From: a virus
Taxonomy: Duplodnaviria; Caudoviricetes
Strand: one strand, 5' to 3'
Length of the DNA stretch: 32,262 bases
IMG/VR virus record: IMGVR_UViG_3300018073_000018
Coordinates: 1-32,262 of that record
The notes beneath the pieces are model-generated. The model was not told the origin of the DNA and did no database searches. It saw only the letters and a list, made by a program, of their open reading frames with translations. The position numbers and the translations under genes were made by a program. Shown in pieces: positions 17,482 through 25,378 of this stretch (the first letter of the stretch is position 1; each line of letters starts with the position of its first letter).

Positions 17482-19209
17482 ATGCCGCGCTCAGGTGGAG
17501 GCATTTACACCAAGCCGTTTCCCGACGTGACGAGCGGGACGACGATCGCCAGCGCCGTGCACAACGGCATCGTCGCGGATGTCGAAACGGATTTGAATGC
17601 GGCGCGTCCGATCATCTCTGGCGGCACTGGCGCCGTGAATGTGATCGGCGCGCGCGCTAACTTACAGGCCGAAGTAGCTGGGCAGTACGTGACTGTCACA
17701 AACTACGACAGCCATGTTTTTGAGACTGGATCATTCACCTCTAACGCCGGAGCTACCAGCGCGCCCACCGCCGATGCCGCCTATACCGGTACATGCGTGG
17801 TGCATTCAAACTCCCAGTACGTCAATATCGAGGTAACTGAAGTCAATTCTCCGATCGTTGGCCTTGCCTACACGCGACAGAAAAAATTGGGAGTGTGGGG
17901 CGCATGGAAAATCGCAATCTCCTCGGGTGGTGGCACCATCACCGGCAACTTGAGCATCACCGGCACGTTTGGGGTGACTGGTACGACCACGCTCGGTACG
18001 CTCAACGCCGGAACCACGACACTGGGAGCAACCACCACTGGCGCGCTTACGGTCAACGGCAATATTAGCGCCGCCGCGCGTACGCTCGCGATCGGCGCGA
18101 TCACCTCCACCACGATTAATACCCAGGGCAATACGATCACGGCCGGCACCGTCAATGCGGGCGCGATCACCGGCAGCTCACTCAACATCAGCGGCGGATC
18201 CACCCTTACCGGCTCAATCGCCGCCAACGCGATCAGCTGCAGCACGATCAACACCAATGGCAACACGCTCACGGCCGGCAATATCAATTCGAGCGGCACG
18301 GTAACGGCGCCGGTCATTAACGCAACCCAATCCGACGGGCTTAAAATTCAAGTGCCGGGCGGCAATAACGCGCGCGGCTACTACCACGTGGCCGGCGTGC
18401 GAATATGGACGGCAGGTGTTGCGAGCGATGGTCACTTTAAGATTTACGATGAAACCGGATCGCGTCTTGTCTTGCAGTTACAGACGGATGGTGGGGTAAC
18501 CTTCAACGGCAATCCTGTCTATGCCGGCTCGTTCAATGGCCCACTAAACGGCAATGCCAGTTCTGCCAACTATGCCTCGAGTGCCGGCTCAGCGCCGGCC
18601 AACGGCGGCACCTCCAGCGCCTCACGCAGCCTGGTCACCAACGACGCGGGGCGGACCTGGAGCGTCTACGGCGGCAATCAACGGCTTATCATTGATGACA
18701 GTTCATCGAGCCTGCGTGCCCTTGAAATCACCCCCTACAACGATCCGAACCCGTCGGCGATCGACCTCTACATGCCCTACCACACCATCACGACCAACGG
18801 CGTGAACGGAACGTGGACCAACAATTTCATGCTGCAGTTCATCTCCTCGGCGCGCTACAAGGCCGACATCGAAGCGATGCCGGCAAGCCTGGCCGATAAG
18901 GTGATGGCGTTCCGCCCCGTCACGTTCCGCTCGAGGTGTCCGATCGATGATCCTGACAAGCTCCATTTCGGGTTGATTGCCGAGGAGGTCGAGGCGATCG
19001 AGCCGCTGCTGGTGCAGTACGACTACACCCCTGACGCCTACGAGAACGAGCCCGACAAGAACGGCGGACCGATCCGGCACCGCCTGCGCAAGGACGCCAA
19101 GAAGCAGGTGATGGGGCTCGACTATAACGCGATCGTTTCACTGATGCTGCGCAAGGTGCAGGAGCAAGAAGAGCGCATTAAGGTTCTGGAGGCGAAATTG
19201 AGACAATGA
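17482..19209 (+). CDS. Tail fibre protein with a C-terminal S74 chaperone
   Basis: N-terminal MPRSGGGIYTKP...TTIASA..N anchor, a T/G/N-rich repetitive shaft, and ISSARYKADI...RPVTF...FGLIAEEV...LDYNAIV followed by a coiled coil. Confidence 0.85.
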   Translation: MPRSGGGIYTKPFPDVTSGTTIASAVHNGIVADVETDLNAARPIISGGTGAVNVIGARANLQAEVAGQYVTVTNYDSHVFETGSFTSNAGATSAPTADAAYTGTCVVHSNSQYVNIEVTEVNSPIVGLAYTRQKKLGVWGAWKIAISSGGGTITGNLSITGTFGVTGTTTLGTLNAGTTTLGATTTGALTVNGNISAAARTLAIGAITSTTINTQGNTITAGTVNAGAITGSSLNISGGSTLTGSIAANAISCSTINTNGNTLTAGNINSSGTVTAPVINATQSDGLKIQVPGGNNARGYYHVAGVRIWTAGVASDGHFKIYDETGSRLVLQLQTDGGVTFNGNPVYAGSFNGPLNGNASSANYASSAGSAPANGGTSSASRSLVTNDAGRTWSVYGGNQRLIIDDSSSSLRALEITPYNDPNPSAIDLYMPYHTITTNGVNGTWTNNFMLQFISSARYKADIEAMPASLADKVMAFRPVTFRSRCPIDDPDKLHFGLIAEEVEAIEPLLVQYDYTPDAYENEPDKNGGPIRHRLRKDAKKQVMGLDYNAIVSLMLRKVQEQEERIKVLEAKLRQ

Positions 19210-19439
19210 TCCGCGGCTTTGCCATCGTGTTGCTGCTGTCAGGCTGCGCCTCAATTGGCCCTTATGGTTACGGCCGCGGTACTGATCCTGCACTATACGG
19301 GGTACCGGACGCCGTCGTCGTGGTGCGTCCGCCCGAGCTCTACACGCGGCCCGAGATTGATGCGATCAATGCTGAGGCCGCTTGCCGTGCACTGGCGCGC
19401 AATTCGCTACAGGCCCAACGCTGCGGAGTACGCCGATGA
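19206..19439 (+). CDS. Small lipoprotein
   Basis: Signal peptide with lipobox LSGC. Confidence 0.65.
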   Translation: MIRGFAIVLLLSGCASIGPYGYGRGTDPALYGVPDAVVVVRPPELYTRPEIDAINAEAACRALARNSLQAQRCGVRR

Positions 19440-19639
19440 TCTCCACCCTGATAAGCGTGATCCTGCTGCTGATCGTGACGGGCGTCATCATCTGGGCGAT
19501 CCAGAGCCTGCTGCCGCTAATCCCGCTCCCGGCCCCATTCCACACCATCATCCAGGTGCTGCTGGTGGTGATTGTGGTGATCGTGGTGGTCTACATCATC
19601 GCGGGACTGTTCGGGGTTGTCTCACCCGCGCGGCTTTAA
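19436..19639 (+). CDS. Small two-TM membrane protein (holin candidate)
   Basis: ATGA overlap. Two hydrophobic helices separated by LIPLPAPF. Confidence 0.65.
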   Translation: MISTLISVILLLIVTGVIIWAIQSLLPLIPLPAPFHTIIQVLLVVIVVIVVVYIIAGLFGVVSPARL

Positions 19640-19755
19640 TACTCCGCGTGGGTGCGCCAGCGGAGCAAGCAGCGCTGACAGACAGAGACGCCGGGCGGGA
19701 AGGCCCAGCGTTGCCAGTACCGACGATGCAGCAGCCAACAAATCAGGCGGCGCAC
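19636..19755 (-). CDS. 39-aa Cys/His micro-protein (not in the ORF track)
   Basis: GTG start; MRRLICWLLHRRYWQRWAFPPGVSVCQRCLLRWRTHAEY. Its stop overlaps the stop of the convergent gene in TTAA. Confidence 0.45.
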   Translation of the reverse strand: MRRLICWLLHRRYWQRWAFPPGVSVCQRCLLRWRTHAEY

Positions 19756-20492
19756 TCAGCTGCCGCCCGACGCCGGCGCCGCGCCAGACCCCACAGACCG
19801 AGCGCCCCGGCAATCAGCCCGGGAATGCCCGCGCCCAGAGCTGGGCCAGGGACCGCCTGTGGGATCAGAAAGAAGCTGTCCGGGCCATCGTTTGCGCCGG
19901 TGATGCGCGCGAAGAAGATAACCTGATCGCCCGCGCTGATGCCGTCGAGGGTTAGCCCGTTGATGGTGTAGTCGGGAAACCCGGTGCCGTTATTGGTGTC
20001 CGGAATGAGCGTTCCGCCCGGACCGGGTGAGTAGGCCGCCAGCACGGAGTGGGTAGTCAGGTTGAGGAACCAGAAGCTCTCGAGGGTCTGCGCCTGGTTG
20101 GTGTCGTTAACATCGAGGCCGACGCTAAAGGAACCGCCGCCATTGAGGATGGCGTTGAGCAACGTGCCATCGCCGACGGTATAGCCGGTGCCGACGGTAT
20201 CGAGCGGCAGCGAGCCGCCGACCGTCGCGGTGGAGAAGAACGAGACCGTGGTTTCGTTTCCGGTATTACCAAAAAGATTGTAGCCAAACCCAGTGGGTTG
20301 CTGCGGCTGGTTGGCGCCGCAGATAATGCACGGCAGGTTCTGCACTTGGTTGCCGCTCGGGACGGCATCACTCAGGGTCAAATTGGCGGCGCCGCTGGTG
20401 TCCCAGTTCTGCCCGCCGAGCACGACAATGTCCGCGAACGCAGGGGTCGCGAGCGCCAGCGTGAGTGCTGCCGCCAGGATAGACTTTTGCAT
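19743..20492 (-). CDS. Secreted protein with a PEP-CTERM-like (VPGP variant) sorting signal
   Basis: Sec signal (..ATPAFA-D), an acidic G/N/T-rich domain, then VPGPALGAGIPGLIAGALGLWGLARRRRR. Confidence 0.85.
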   Translation of the reverse strand: MQKSILAAALTLALATPAFADIVVLGGQNWDTSGAANLTLSDAVPSGNQVQNLPCIICGANQPQQPTGFGYNLFGNTGNETTVSFFSTATVGGSLPLDTVGTGYTVGDGTLLNAILNGGGSFSVGLDVNDTNQAQTLESFWFLNLTTHSVLAAYSPGPGGTLIPDTNNGTGFPDYTINGLTLDGISAGDQVIFFARITGANDGPDSFFLIPQAVPGPALGAGIPGLIAGALGLWGLARRRRRAAAECAA

Positions 20493-20604
20493 GGAAAAAC
20501 ATCCTTTGGTGTGGCGTTGGATTTGCGGCAGCAGTGTGACCGAACGTCGTTTGACTGTCGAGCACCATCTTTCCTAGAATGCGCTGCTCCGTTTGCTTGA
20601 TGAC

Positions 20605-20641
20605 CGCCCCGCCGGGCTGTGGCGTTGGTACCGGCGGGGCG
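20605..20641 (-). terminator. GC-rich hairpin just after the stop of 20645..20926
   Basis: CGCCCCGCCGG (20605-20615) pairs with CCGGCGGGGCG (20631-20641). No clear U-tract. Confidence 0.5.
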
Positions 20642-20644
20642 TTA

Positions 20645-20926
20645 TCATTTGCGCTTGCCGTTCAAGATCTCGGACACACGCCCTTGATTGCGCAGTCCCA
20701 CCCGATCGGCGATCTGGCCCATGGTCATGTCGGTGGAGTAGGCAAGCGAGCGCACCTGCGCCTTGACCTCGTCCGAGATCTGCATGCGCAACCTGGGCGC
20801 CTGACGCACCGAGGGCGCGCGCCAGGTCTCGTTGAGCGCCAACTCCAGCAGTGACTTAGCGCGAGCGTCAATCGCGCACTCGTCGATCACGGTCAGGATC
20901 AGGCTGCGCGCCTTGTGCATGCTCAT
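20645..20926 (-). CDS. Small HTH DNA-binding protein
   Basis: C-terminal MTMGQIADRVGLRNQGRVSEILNG. Confidence 0.7.
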   Translation of the reverse strand: MSMHKARSLILTVIDECAIDARAKSLLELALNETWRAPSVRQAPRLRMQISDEVKAQVRSLAYSTDMTMGQIADRVGLRNQGRVSEILNGKRK

Positions 20927-21015
20927 CCGATTAACCCCATGTAGAAAAACAGCAGCAGGAAGATACCGAGCGCGACCAGGCCCTCGGCAGCAGTGGCGAT
21001 CAGCAGGCTCGTCAT
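20923..21015 (-). CDS. 30-aa single-TM peptide (not in the ORF track)
   Basis: MTSLLIATAAEGLVALGIFLLLFFYMGLIG, with ATGA overlaps at both ends and GGGAG upstream. Confidence 0.6.
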   Translation of the reverse strand: MTSLLIATAAEGLVALGIFLLLFFYMGLIG

Positions 21016-21428
21016 CGTGTGTACTCCCATCCCGCTCCGCACACCGGGCAGGCCAGCATCAACAAAGACCCTTCGCGGTAGACCTTCTTGGTGGCCCGGC
21101 TATCGCATTGCGGACAGACCCTGGCGGGGCGCTTTGACGGCGGCCCGGTTGGCACCGCGGGTAAGTCGCCGGCATTGGTGGTCCAGGTCGCTTTGGGCAC
21201 CGACCGCACGTCTTGTGTGGTGGTCCAGCCCGCCTTTGGCACGACTGGAGGGATAATCGCCATTGGCTCGCCGAGCGGCTCGGGAGCCTTCTCCAGCACA
21301 TTGCTCGCCTCAATCAGCAGGTCGGCGGTGTCGTAGGAGACAAACTCGATCGCCCATGGATCTTCATTCGTGGCGCGGGCGAGGATGTAGGCGGCGCAGG
21401 TGCGCAGCCGATCGGTCAGGTCAGTCAC
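21012..21428 (-). CDS. Hypothetical protein with a C-terminal zinc ribbon
   Basis: CPQC...CPVC; N-terminal MTDLTDRLR. Confidence 0.65.
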   Translation of the reverse strand: MTDLTDRLRTCAAYILARATNEDPWAIEFVSYDTADLLIEASNVLEKAPEPLGEPMAIIPPVVPKAGWTTTQDVRSVPKATWTTNAGDLPAVPTGPPSKRPARVCPQCDSRATKKVYREGSLLMLACPVCGAGWEYTR

Positions 21429-21525
21429 GCGGCGGCCCCTTGATCGTTGAAATGATGCACAAATTAATGATCGCGATCAGCAGCGCGACGGCCAATCCCC
21501 AAGATATGGCGGCGAGAATGGTCAT
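21421..21525 (-). CDS. 34-aa single-TM peptide (not in the ORF track)
   Basis: MTILAAISWGLAVALLIAIINLCIISTIKGPPRD with a GGGGGA SD; overlaps the start of the next gene. Confidence 0.55.
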   Translation of the reverse strand: MTILAAISWGLAVALLIAIINLCIISTIKGPPRD

Positions 21526-21540
21526 GGTATCCCCCGTTGC

Positions 21541-21591
21541 TTGACGTTGTAATGGCTTTTATGCCATCTTGTCCACTAATAAAGCGTTAAC
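21541..21591 (+). promoter_or_regulatory. Putative rightward promoter with a CtrA-like box
   Basis: TTGACG at 21541, an ATGGC/GCCAT inverted repeat, and CTAA-N7-TTAAC at 21576-21591, all within a divergent AT-rich gap. Confidence 0.5.
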
Positions 21592-21601
21592 GGAGCCCGT
21601 C

Positions 21602-21784
21602 ATGCCCGAAAAAGATACACCGCTCTCGGTTGCGCTGCAGGAAAATCTGCGGCTGCGGCTGTTGCTGAGCGCGCTGCCCGACCCGATGCCGGACAGCGAC
21701 TGGGCGCCGCGCTACATCGAGTGGTGGTTTCGTAATCGCAACCGCCTGCGTGCGATCGGCGCCCCGCCAGAGAACGTCGCATGA
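21602..21784 (+). CDS. Hypothetical protein
   Basis: GGAG SD before the ATG at 21602; ATGA overlap with the next gene. Confidence 0.55.
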   Translation: MPEKDTPLSVALQENLRLRLLLSALPDPMPDSDWAPRYIEWWFRNRNRLRAIGAPPENVA

Positions 21785-21993
21785 AGCGACCCCACCCCGA
21801 AATCCGTGAGCTGCTTTCTGAGATCGACTTCTATTGCGCCGAGAGAAACATCCCGCGCACCCGCTTTGGCATCGAGGCGGTGAACGATGGCCATCTACTC
21901 ACACGCCTGCAGGCCGGGCGCGAGCCGCGCCGCGCCACGATCGAGCGGGTGCGCAAATTCATGAAACGCAAGAATGGCCGTACCCCGACATGA
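21781..21993 (+). CDS. Cro-like HTH regulator
   Basis: TRFGIEAVNDGHLLTRLQAGREPRRATIERVRKFM matches a small HTH family common in alphaproteobacterial phages. Confidence 0.75.
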   Translation: MKRPHPEIRELLSEIDFYCAERNIPRTRFGIEAVNDGHLLTRLQAGREPRRATIERVRKFMKRKNGRTPT

Positions 21994-22352
21994 AGGACGA
22001 AATGACTGACATCGTGGGGCGGCTGCGCGAATACTCGAACGTTGATGGTGCGTTACGCTTGCCTCGACTATGCGGCGAGGCCGCCGACGAGATCGAGCGG
22101 CTGCGGTCGATTGCCATCGACGCCGACGACAAGCGTTGCCACGCTGAAAACGAGATCGAGCGGCTGCGGGTTGCCCTGCATAAATCGGAAGCCAGCCTGC
22201 TGATAGCGACGCTGGAGATCGAGCGGCTGCGCGCGGCGCTCCTGGTTGCCCAGCAGTGGATGCCCACTCCGCAGCAGGCGCTGGTGCCGTCCGCGAAAGC
22301 CGATGCCGAACTGGTAGAGCGGGCGCTAACCGGACGAAAAGGGGACGCATAA
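21990..22352 (+). CDS. Coiled-coil protein with three EIERLR repeats
   Basis: MTDIVGRLR...EAADEIERLR; start at 21990 or 22002. Confidence 0.65.
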   Translation: MKDEMTDIVGRLREYSNVDGALRLPRLCGEAADEIERLRSIAIDADDKRCHAENEIERLRVALHKSEASLLIATLEIERLRAALLVAQQWMPTPQQALVPSAKADAELVERALTGRKGDA

Positions 22353-22813
22353 TGCCTGCTGGAACAAACTGGGACGACCACCTGATCGCGCGCTTTACCG
22401 CGCTGCACAAAGACGGCAAGCGCAAGTTTTCACAGATCGCCGACATTTTGAACTATGAGTTTGGGCTGCAGCTGACCAAGAATGCCTGCATTGGCAAGGC
22501 CAGAAGGCTCGGGTTCAAGGAGCGTCCGCACGTGGCACCACCGCTGCCGCGCAAGGGGCAGAACCGCAAAAAGCGACCAACGCCCCTCCCCGTCGAGGTG
22601 ATCGCGCCGGTGCTGCCGGGATGGCAGATCGAGCCGCCGATCCTGGCGGACACCAGCGGCCACATCACGATCTACCAACTCAAAGAGGGGGTGTGCCACT
22701 TCCCATTCGGGGAGCGCGCCCCCTACGCCTACTGCGGCAGCACGACCCGGCGCGGCATGTCGTGGTGTCCGCATCATGAGCACGTCGTCTACCCGCGTGG
22801 GACGATGCGATGA
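22352..22813 (+). CDS. gcrA: GcrA-family cell-cycle regulator
   Basis: N-terminal WDD..IARF..L...FSQIA..L...TKNACIGKARRLG and C-terminal TIYQL....CHFPFG....YCG......WCPHH. Confidence 0.88.
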   Translation: MPAGTNWDDHLIARFTALHKDGKRKFSQIADILNYEFGLQLTKNACIGKARRLGFKERPHVAPPLPRKGQNRKKRPTPLPVEVIAPVLPGWQIEPPILADTSGHITIYQLKEGVCHFPFGERAPYAYCGSTTRRGMSWCPHHEHVVYPRGTMR

Positions 22814-23070
22814 AATACGAAGAAGACTTCGCCGCGCAGCATGCCGCCGGCGCGCACCAGGAAGAAATCGTTTATCTGCTCAACAAGATCGAGCCCGCCC
22901 TGGAAGGACACGCGCGCGGCATCATCCTGATCACCCTGGTTCGCCTGATTGCTGTGATGCTCGGCCCGGCTAGCCCGAAATCGCGCGAGGAGCATATCAA
23001 CGCGATCCCGGTCACCCTTCGCGGCATCCTGGAAAAGATGGACGAGATCATGGTGCGGGCCAAGCGATGA
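22810..23070 (+). CDS. Hypothetical protein
   Basis: ATGA-coupled on both sides. Confidence 0.6.
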   Translation: MKYEEDFAAQHAAGAHQEEIVYLLNKIEPALEGHARGIILITLVRLIAVMLGPASPKSREEHINAIPVTLRGILEKMDEIMVRAKR

Positions 23071-23429
23071 GGGTCGCCGCCTATCGGCGCAGCTCATCCG
23101 AGCATGACCTGCAAAAGCAGGTGCTGGCGTACATTTCGCTGAAGGGCAACCACGTCTTTGCCTTCGCCATTCCCAATGCCGCCAAGCGCACCCCGGCGAC
23201 GGCGGCGCGAATGCGGGCGGAGGGGCTGATGCCGGGCGTGGCCGATCTGTGTGTCATGCTGTTGGGCGGCAAAGTTGGCTGGCTCGAGCTCAAGGCCGCC
23301 AGGGGGCGGCAAAGCCCGGAGCAAGAGATGTTCGAAGAGGTCTGCGAGGTGCTCGGTCACTGTTACGCGGTGGCGCGCACGCTCGACGAAGCGATCGCAA
23401 TTCTCAAGTCATGGGGTGCATTAAAATGA
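23067..23429 (+). CDS. VRR-NUC domain nuclease
   Basis: SEHDLQ...AIPN...GLMPGVADL...WLELKAARGRQSPEQ. Confidence 0.88.
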   Translation: MRVAAYRRSSSEHDLQKQVLAYISLKGNHVFAFAIPNAAKRTPATAARMRAEGLMPGVADLCVMLLGGKVGWLELKAARGRQSPEQEMFEEVCEVLGHCYAVARTLDEAIAILKSWGALK

Positions 23430-23653
23430 AGAAGAGAAAGCAAAACTACTACCGTCGCATGGACAAGCTGCTGTTCCAGATGATGAAGGTGGCAAGAAAA
23501 GAAAATCCAGCCGACGCCTGCGCCGCCTGCTGCGCCACCCTCGCCATCGTCTACAAATCCATGAATGGGGATCAACGTGAAACCGTTTCCCCGATCATTG
23601 CTCAATGCATTGCCCTGATCACCAAGGATCGACCCGGCGAACAGGTCCACTGA
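23426..23653 (+). CDS. Hypothetical protein
   Basis: ATGA overlap at 23426; fills the gap to the next gene. Confidence 0.55.
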   Translation: MKKRKQNYYRRMDKLLFQMMKVARKENPADACAACCATLAIVYKSMNGDQRETVSPIIAQCIALITKDRPGEQVH

Positions 23654-24388
23654 ATGATTTCCTCCTACGAGCGCCATAGCCCAAGCAAGCTGAACCTGTT
23701 TTGCGCCTCGCCGGCAATGTTCACCTTGGAATATGTCAAGGGCATTCGCCAGGAGGTGGGTCCGCCGGCGCATCGTGGTGTAGCGGTGGAGGATGGTGTT
23801 ACGCACGGCTTGAACAACCTGACGGCGCCGTTGGCCGACTGTGTCGCCATTGCGCTCGCCACTTATGACGCGCGCACCACGCTCTCGGGCGACCCGCGGC
23901 GCGACAAGTACCGTGACACCATCAAGGACATGGTGGCGACTGGCGTCAATGAGTTGCGCAAGTACGGCATCCCCACTGGCACGCAGGGGCTGGTGGAGTG
24001 GCACCCCGATGGTTTGGCGTTACCGATCGTCGGCTATTATGACTACCAATGGGATAACCACGGTATCCTTGTGGATCTCAAAACATCCGAAAAGATGCCG
24101 AGCAGCATCAAGTTCGCTCACGCGCGGCAAGTGGCACACTATGCGGTGTCGGATAATATCGACGCACGATTAGCGTACATCACGCCAAAGAAACTGGAAG
24201 TTTTTCGTCTTGAGAATGTGCGGCAGCACCGCAATGCGTTGTATGAAATCGCATTGACGGTTGAAGATTTTCTAAATCAGAGCGATGATCCCGATGTGCT
24301 GATGCGCAAGGTCAAGCCCGATCTCGACAGCTTCTACTGGGGCAACCCGGCGATGCGCCAACTCGCCTACGAGCACTGGAGGATTTGA
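23654..24388 (+). CDS. PD-(D/E)XK-family exonuclease
   Basis: HSPSKLN...AHRGVAVE...IVGYYD...LVDLKTS...RQVAHY. Confidence 0.8.
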   Translation: MISSYERHSPSKLNLFCASPAMFTLEYVKGIRQEVGPPAHRGVAVEDGVTHGLNNLTAPLADCVAIALATYDARTTLSGDPRRDKYRDTIKDMVATGVNELRKYGIPTGTQGLVEWHPDGLALPIVGYYDYQWDNHGILVDLKTSEKMPSSIKFAHARQVAHYAVSDNIDARLAYITPKKLEVFRLENVRQHRNALYEIALTVEDFLNQSDDPDVLMRKVKPDLDSFYWGNPAMRQLAYEHWRI

Positions 24389-24588
24389 ATGCGGTTCAAG
24401 CCACCCTGGTGCTTATTTGGCTATGCGTGTCCAACCCAGGGTGAAAGGACACGCTAGCAGTGGGATCGGTCAGAAACGCGGCAACCGGGAAGCCAGAAGC
24501 CCACGAGGCCCGGCACTGATACTCCAATTCCGGGGAAAGCCGGAGTGGCAACGCGGCAGGCCGATTGCTGCATTTGAGGACGTGACCC
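24385..24588 (+). ncRNA. Candidate structured cis-regulatory RNA leader
   Basis: 200-nt gap in an otherwise tightly coupled operon, containing several perfect complementary segments (see findings). Confidence 0.5.
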
Positions 24589-25332
24589 ATGTCGTCGACT
24601 TATGGCTTTGAGATCAAATCAGGTGGCGCAGGCGGAGATTTTCTTCCCATCGTGCGCTACGACGCCCGAGCGGGGCGTATCTTCCGCGACGATCGTGTCG
24701 TCCAGGCTGAGGGCTACAAGACCGAGCCGGTCGACATTACCAACAAGTTCAAGGCGTTGTGCGATTTTGAGAACATGGAAGTGGGGTGGATGAAGTTCGC
24801 CCCCGGCACGCCGCCCTCGTTTGCGATGGCCAAGCGGGTCGACGTTGTGGCCAAGACGGCATCAATTCCCGATCGTCCATCCGAGGACCACCGCACCGGG
24901 GTGCGCTTTGTGCTCAAACTCGCCGCCGAGATTGGCGGTGACAAGCCGATCCGGGAAATTTCCTCGACGGCGGGCACCTTCCTGAATGGCTGGAAGGAAG
25001 TCATTGACGCCTATGATGCTGCCAAGGCGGCCAATCCGGGCAAGCTGCCGGTGATCCAGATTGATAAGGATAACCCGACGGTCCCGGTCACCACCGGCCA
25101 GGGGCAGCGGCAGTCGACCAACTACATGCCGAAGCTGCACCTGGTGGGCTGGGCGCCGCGCGGTGACTTGGTGCCCAACCTGCGCGGGGTGGGGCAGAGC
25201 AACGTGGGGCAGGTGGGGAAACCTGAGCAAACCCCGCAGACCAATGGTGCCGCTCCCGCGACGGGCGCGCAGCGTGCGCCGGCGCCACAGCAGCAGAACC
25301 TGGCGGCAGAATTTTCTTCTGATTTCGGCTGA
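24589..25332 (+). CDS. Putative single-stranded DNA-binding protein
   Basis: Lies between the exonuclease and the primase-helicase. Beta-rich core, flexible Q/A/P linker and an acidic-aromatic tip (AEFSSDFG). Confidence 0.55.
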   Translation: MSSTYGFEIKSGGAGGDFLPIVRYDARAGRIFRDDRVVQAEGYKTEPVDITNKFKALCDFENMEVGWMKFAPGTPPSFAMAKRVDVVAKTASIPDRPSEDHRTGVRFVLKLAAEIGGDKPIREISSTAGTFLNGWKEVIDAYDAAKAANPGKLPVIQIDKDNPTVPVTTGQGQRQSTNYMPKLHLVGWAPRGDLVPNLRGVGQSNVGQVGKPEQTPQTNGAAPATGAQRAPAPQQQNLAAEFSSDFG

Positions 25333-25346
25333 TCGCTGACATGGTT

Positions 25347-25378
25347 GGGGGCGGGAGTCTTCGAGCCCTCCCGCCCCC
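25347..25378 (+). terminator. 11-bp GC hairpin after the SSB-like gene
   Basis: GGGGGCGGGAG pairs with CTCCCGCCCCC. No U-tract. Confidence 0.55.

Noticed and set aside
17482-19209. Diversity-generating retroelement targeting the tail fibre
   Set aside because: No reverse transcriptase and no template/variable repeat pair was seen.
22089-22231. Repeat-spacer pattern as a mini CRISPR array
   Set aside because: The repeats are only 17 bp, non-palindromic and in frame within a coiled-coil gene. There is no leader and no cas gene.
23654-24388. Nuclease as CRISPR Cas4
   Set aside because: It lacks the four-Cys Fe-S cluster pattern and sits in a phage recombination/replication context.
24385-24588. 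Known self-cleaving ribozyme, riboswitch or tRNA; also the 64-aa ORFs 24417-24611 and 24396-24590
   Set aside because: No hammerhead CUGANGA core, tRNA T-loop or recognisable aptamer consensus was found by eye. The ORFs lack an SD and coding-like composition.
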